A stretch of 64,000 bases of DNA. It comes from an uncultured Acidimicrobiales bacterium. Lineage in GTDB: Bacteria; Actinomycetota; Acidimicrobiia; Acidimicrobiales; SZUA-35. Positions 62,520-64,000 of this stretch are shown here, piece after piece. The notes beneath the pieces were generated by a model, which was not told the DNA's origin, searched no databases, and was given only the letters and a program-made list of their open reading frames with translations. Where the stretch lies: the NCBI GenBank assembly GCA_963803845.1, contig CAWDNZ010000004.1, forward strand, positions 349,309 through 413,308, written 5' to 3'. A program made the translations under genes and the position numbers. The first letter of the stretch is position 1; each line of letters opens with the position of its first letter.

Positions 62520-63824
62520 TTACAGTTCGCGCTGGGCACGAATGGCCAACATCGCCGTGACCATGGCCAGGAAGAGCTGAGTGGGAATGGTCAAATAGAA
62601 CAGCGACTGCACGGCCAGAATGATGAGGACCGAATGTAACCAGATACCCGAACTGGAGGTCTGGCGCCACGACCGAATAGTCGCAGAAGCGAAGAACCCG
62701 ATATACCCCATGGCGCCGATGACACCATGGGAGAACAGGAGATACCAGAGCTGGCCATGAGTACCGACGGAGGGCAATCCGCGCTGGTTGGGACGCGGCG
62801 CACCCCAGCCGAACAATGGGCGTTCCGCCGTTCCGTCGAGTGCCGAAACGATCAGTTCGGTTCGGTCGCCATTGGAGTGCGCAGTGTCGATGCGAGTGAG
62901 GGCAACGTCGCCCAGCGGGCTGAGACCGAGGAGCGCCACGAGGAAACAGACAGCCACGGTGCCCCGAACGATCAGCTTGGCATCGCCCAACACTCCCAAG
63001 CGGAGAGCCGCGTAGACGACGCCGATCCCCAGGGACAGCCAAAGCCCCCGGTTCAGTGACAGGACTCCGGGCACAACCGAAGCCACCAAGACACCGCCGA
63101 TCAGGCGCGGGGAAAATCCCGCCCTCCGGTCACTGAGAGAAATGAAGGCGAAGGGCGTGAGGAGGGCCAGCATCGAGCCCCAGGTATTGGTGTAGTCATA
63201 GGGGGCCTTGGGTCTCGGCACGGCGAAACCAATGATGTCCTGCACGTCGGCGAAGCTGGGGGTGACAAGGGTTCTGATCAGGTCGTTCTCCAGCAACACT
63301 CCGGGGAGCAAGTAGTAGAGCGGGGCCCGATAGCTAACCGAACCAATCACGAACGCCAAGAACCCGCCGGCCACCGTGCCCATCCAGAGCCAGGTGAACG
63401 CCCGGACCATGTGCCACACCGTGAGGGTTCGACCACCATTCAGTGCATACAAGGCGTAGCTAAAGGCCGCGGTGGCATACCCCAGCCGGAGAGCCCACCC
63501 GGCGGCTCGGCCGGCACTGTCGAGACTCAGAGCGCTGAACAGAACTGCGGCCAGGAAAAGCATCCACCAGGCCGAGCCTTTCGGAATGATCAATCGCGGC
63601 TTTAGGAGCAGCGAAATGGTGATCGGCACGGCAAAGATGAGCCACATGAAGCCGTGGAGACCCAACAGAAACCACAGTGGGATGAGGGCGAACGCTGCAG
63701 TGATCGGCCACGACGGAAGATCGCGGTCGCCAAGTTGTCGCTGGCGACGGTCTTGCCGTCGACCATCCACATGGGCGCGGCGTTCAGGGAGTTGCCCGGG
63801 CCGGGGTTTCTGAGTGGTCGCCAT
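62520..63824 (-). CDS. O-antigen ligase/polymerase (Wzy_C) family membrane protein
   Basis: Multi-TM; RPKAPY.YTN, SLNRG, RPLFGWG, THGQLW. Confidence 0.85.
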   Translation of the reverse strand: MATTQKPRPGQLPERRAHVDGRRQDRRQRQLGDRDLPSWPITAAFALIPLWFLLGLHGFMWLIFAVPITISLLLKPRLIIPKGSAWWMLFLAAVLFSALSLDSAGRAAGWALRLGYATAAFSYALYALNGGRTLTVWHMVRAFTWLWMGTVAGGFLAFVIGSVSYRAPLYYLLPGVLLENDLIRTLVTPSFADVQDIIGFAVPRPKAPYDYTNTWGSMLALLTPFAFISLSDRRAGFSPRLIGGVLVASVVPGVLSLNRGLWLSLGIGVVYAALRLGVLGDAKLIVRGTVAVCFLVALLGLSPLGDVALTRIDTAHSNGDRTELIVSALDGTAERPLFGWGAPRPNQRGLPSVGTHGQLWYLLFSHGVIGAMGYIGFFASATIRSWRQTSSSGIWLHSVLIILAVQSLFYLTIPTQLFLAMVTAMLAIRAQREL

Positions 63825-63839
63825 GAATCAGGCTTGGTG

Positions 63840-64000
63840 CTACCGGTTCGCTTTGGGGGCGATCGGTTGGGCCACGATCGAGCCTGCCACTTCGAGCCCA
63901 ACGGCGGTGAGCTGGCGAACTGAGGAGACCACGTCGGCCCGTCGGGTTTGCGAGGGCTCCACGATCAGGATGGCGGTGTCACACATCGGGGCGAGCACCA
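63840..64000 (-). CDS. C-terminus of a CpsD/CapB-like chain-length regulator or tyrosine kinase (partial)
   Basis: VLAPMCDTAILIVEPSQTRRADVVSSVRQLTAVGLEVAGSIV... resembles the end of BY-kinase domains; fits the EPS locus context. Confidence 0.6.
   Translation of the reverse strand, partial: VLAPMCDTAILIVEPSQTRRADVVSSVRQLTAVGLEVAGSIVAQPIAPKANR

Noticed and set aside
62056-62580. Small ORFs within the 62-kb repeat element
   Set aside because: The 40-bp unit is not a multiple of three, so no frame is preserved, and there are no translation signals.

Overview
High-GC actinobacterial chromosome segment; the gene set and protein styles suggest class Acidimicrobiia (inference). Core genes: nrdA 3' end and nrdB, guaB3-guaA, iolD, dps-polX, ligA, phoD, a ProA-like dehydrogenase and gluQ. 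There are also regulators (SARP/BTAD, PAS-GGDEF-EAL, PadR, a tandem TetR-like protein), cell-envelope genes, a MurL-MurD2 pair, a DddP-like M24 / TauD pair and the start of a Wzx/Wzy polysaccharide locus. I saw no rRNA, tRNA, integrase, transposase, cas gene or true CRISPR array. Most notable: (1) a hierarchical ~650-bp palindromic repeat element with fixed-length variable segments at 61.8-62.5 kb; (2) the alternative MurL/MurD2 peptidoglycan D-Glu route; (3) a SARP regulator with an 11-bp-period operator, divergent from a GPGSNSLA-repeat membrane protein; (4) a surface protein with identical 285-bp FN3 repeats and an abrupt codon-usage switch; (5) short duplications at convergent gene ends; (6) widespread leaderless gene starts. 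All calls are motif-based by eye, without database searches.
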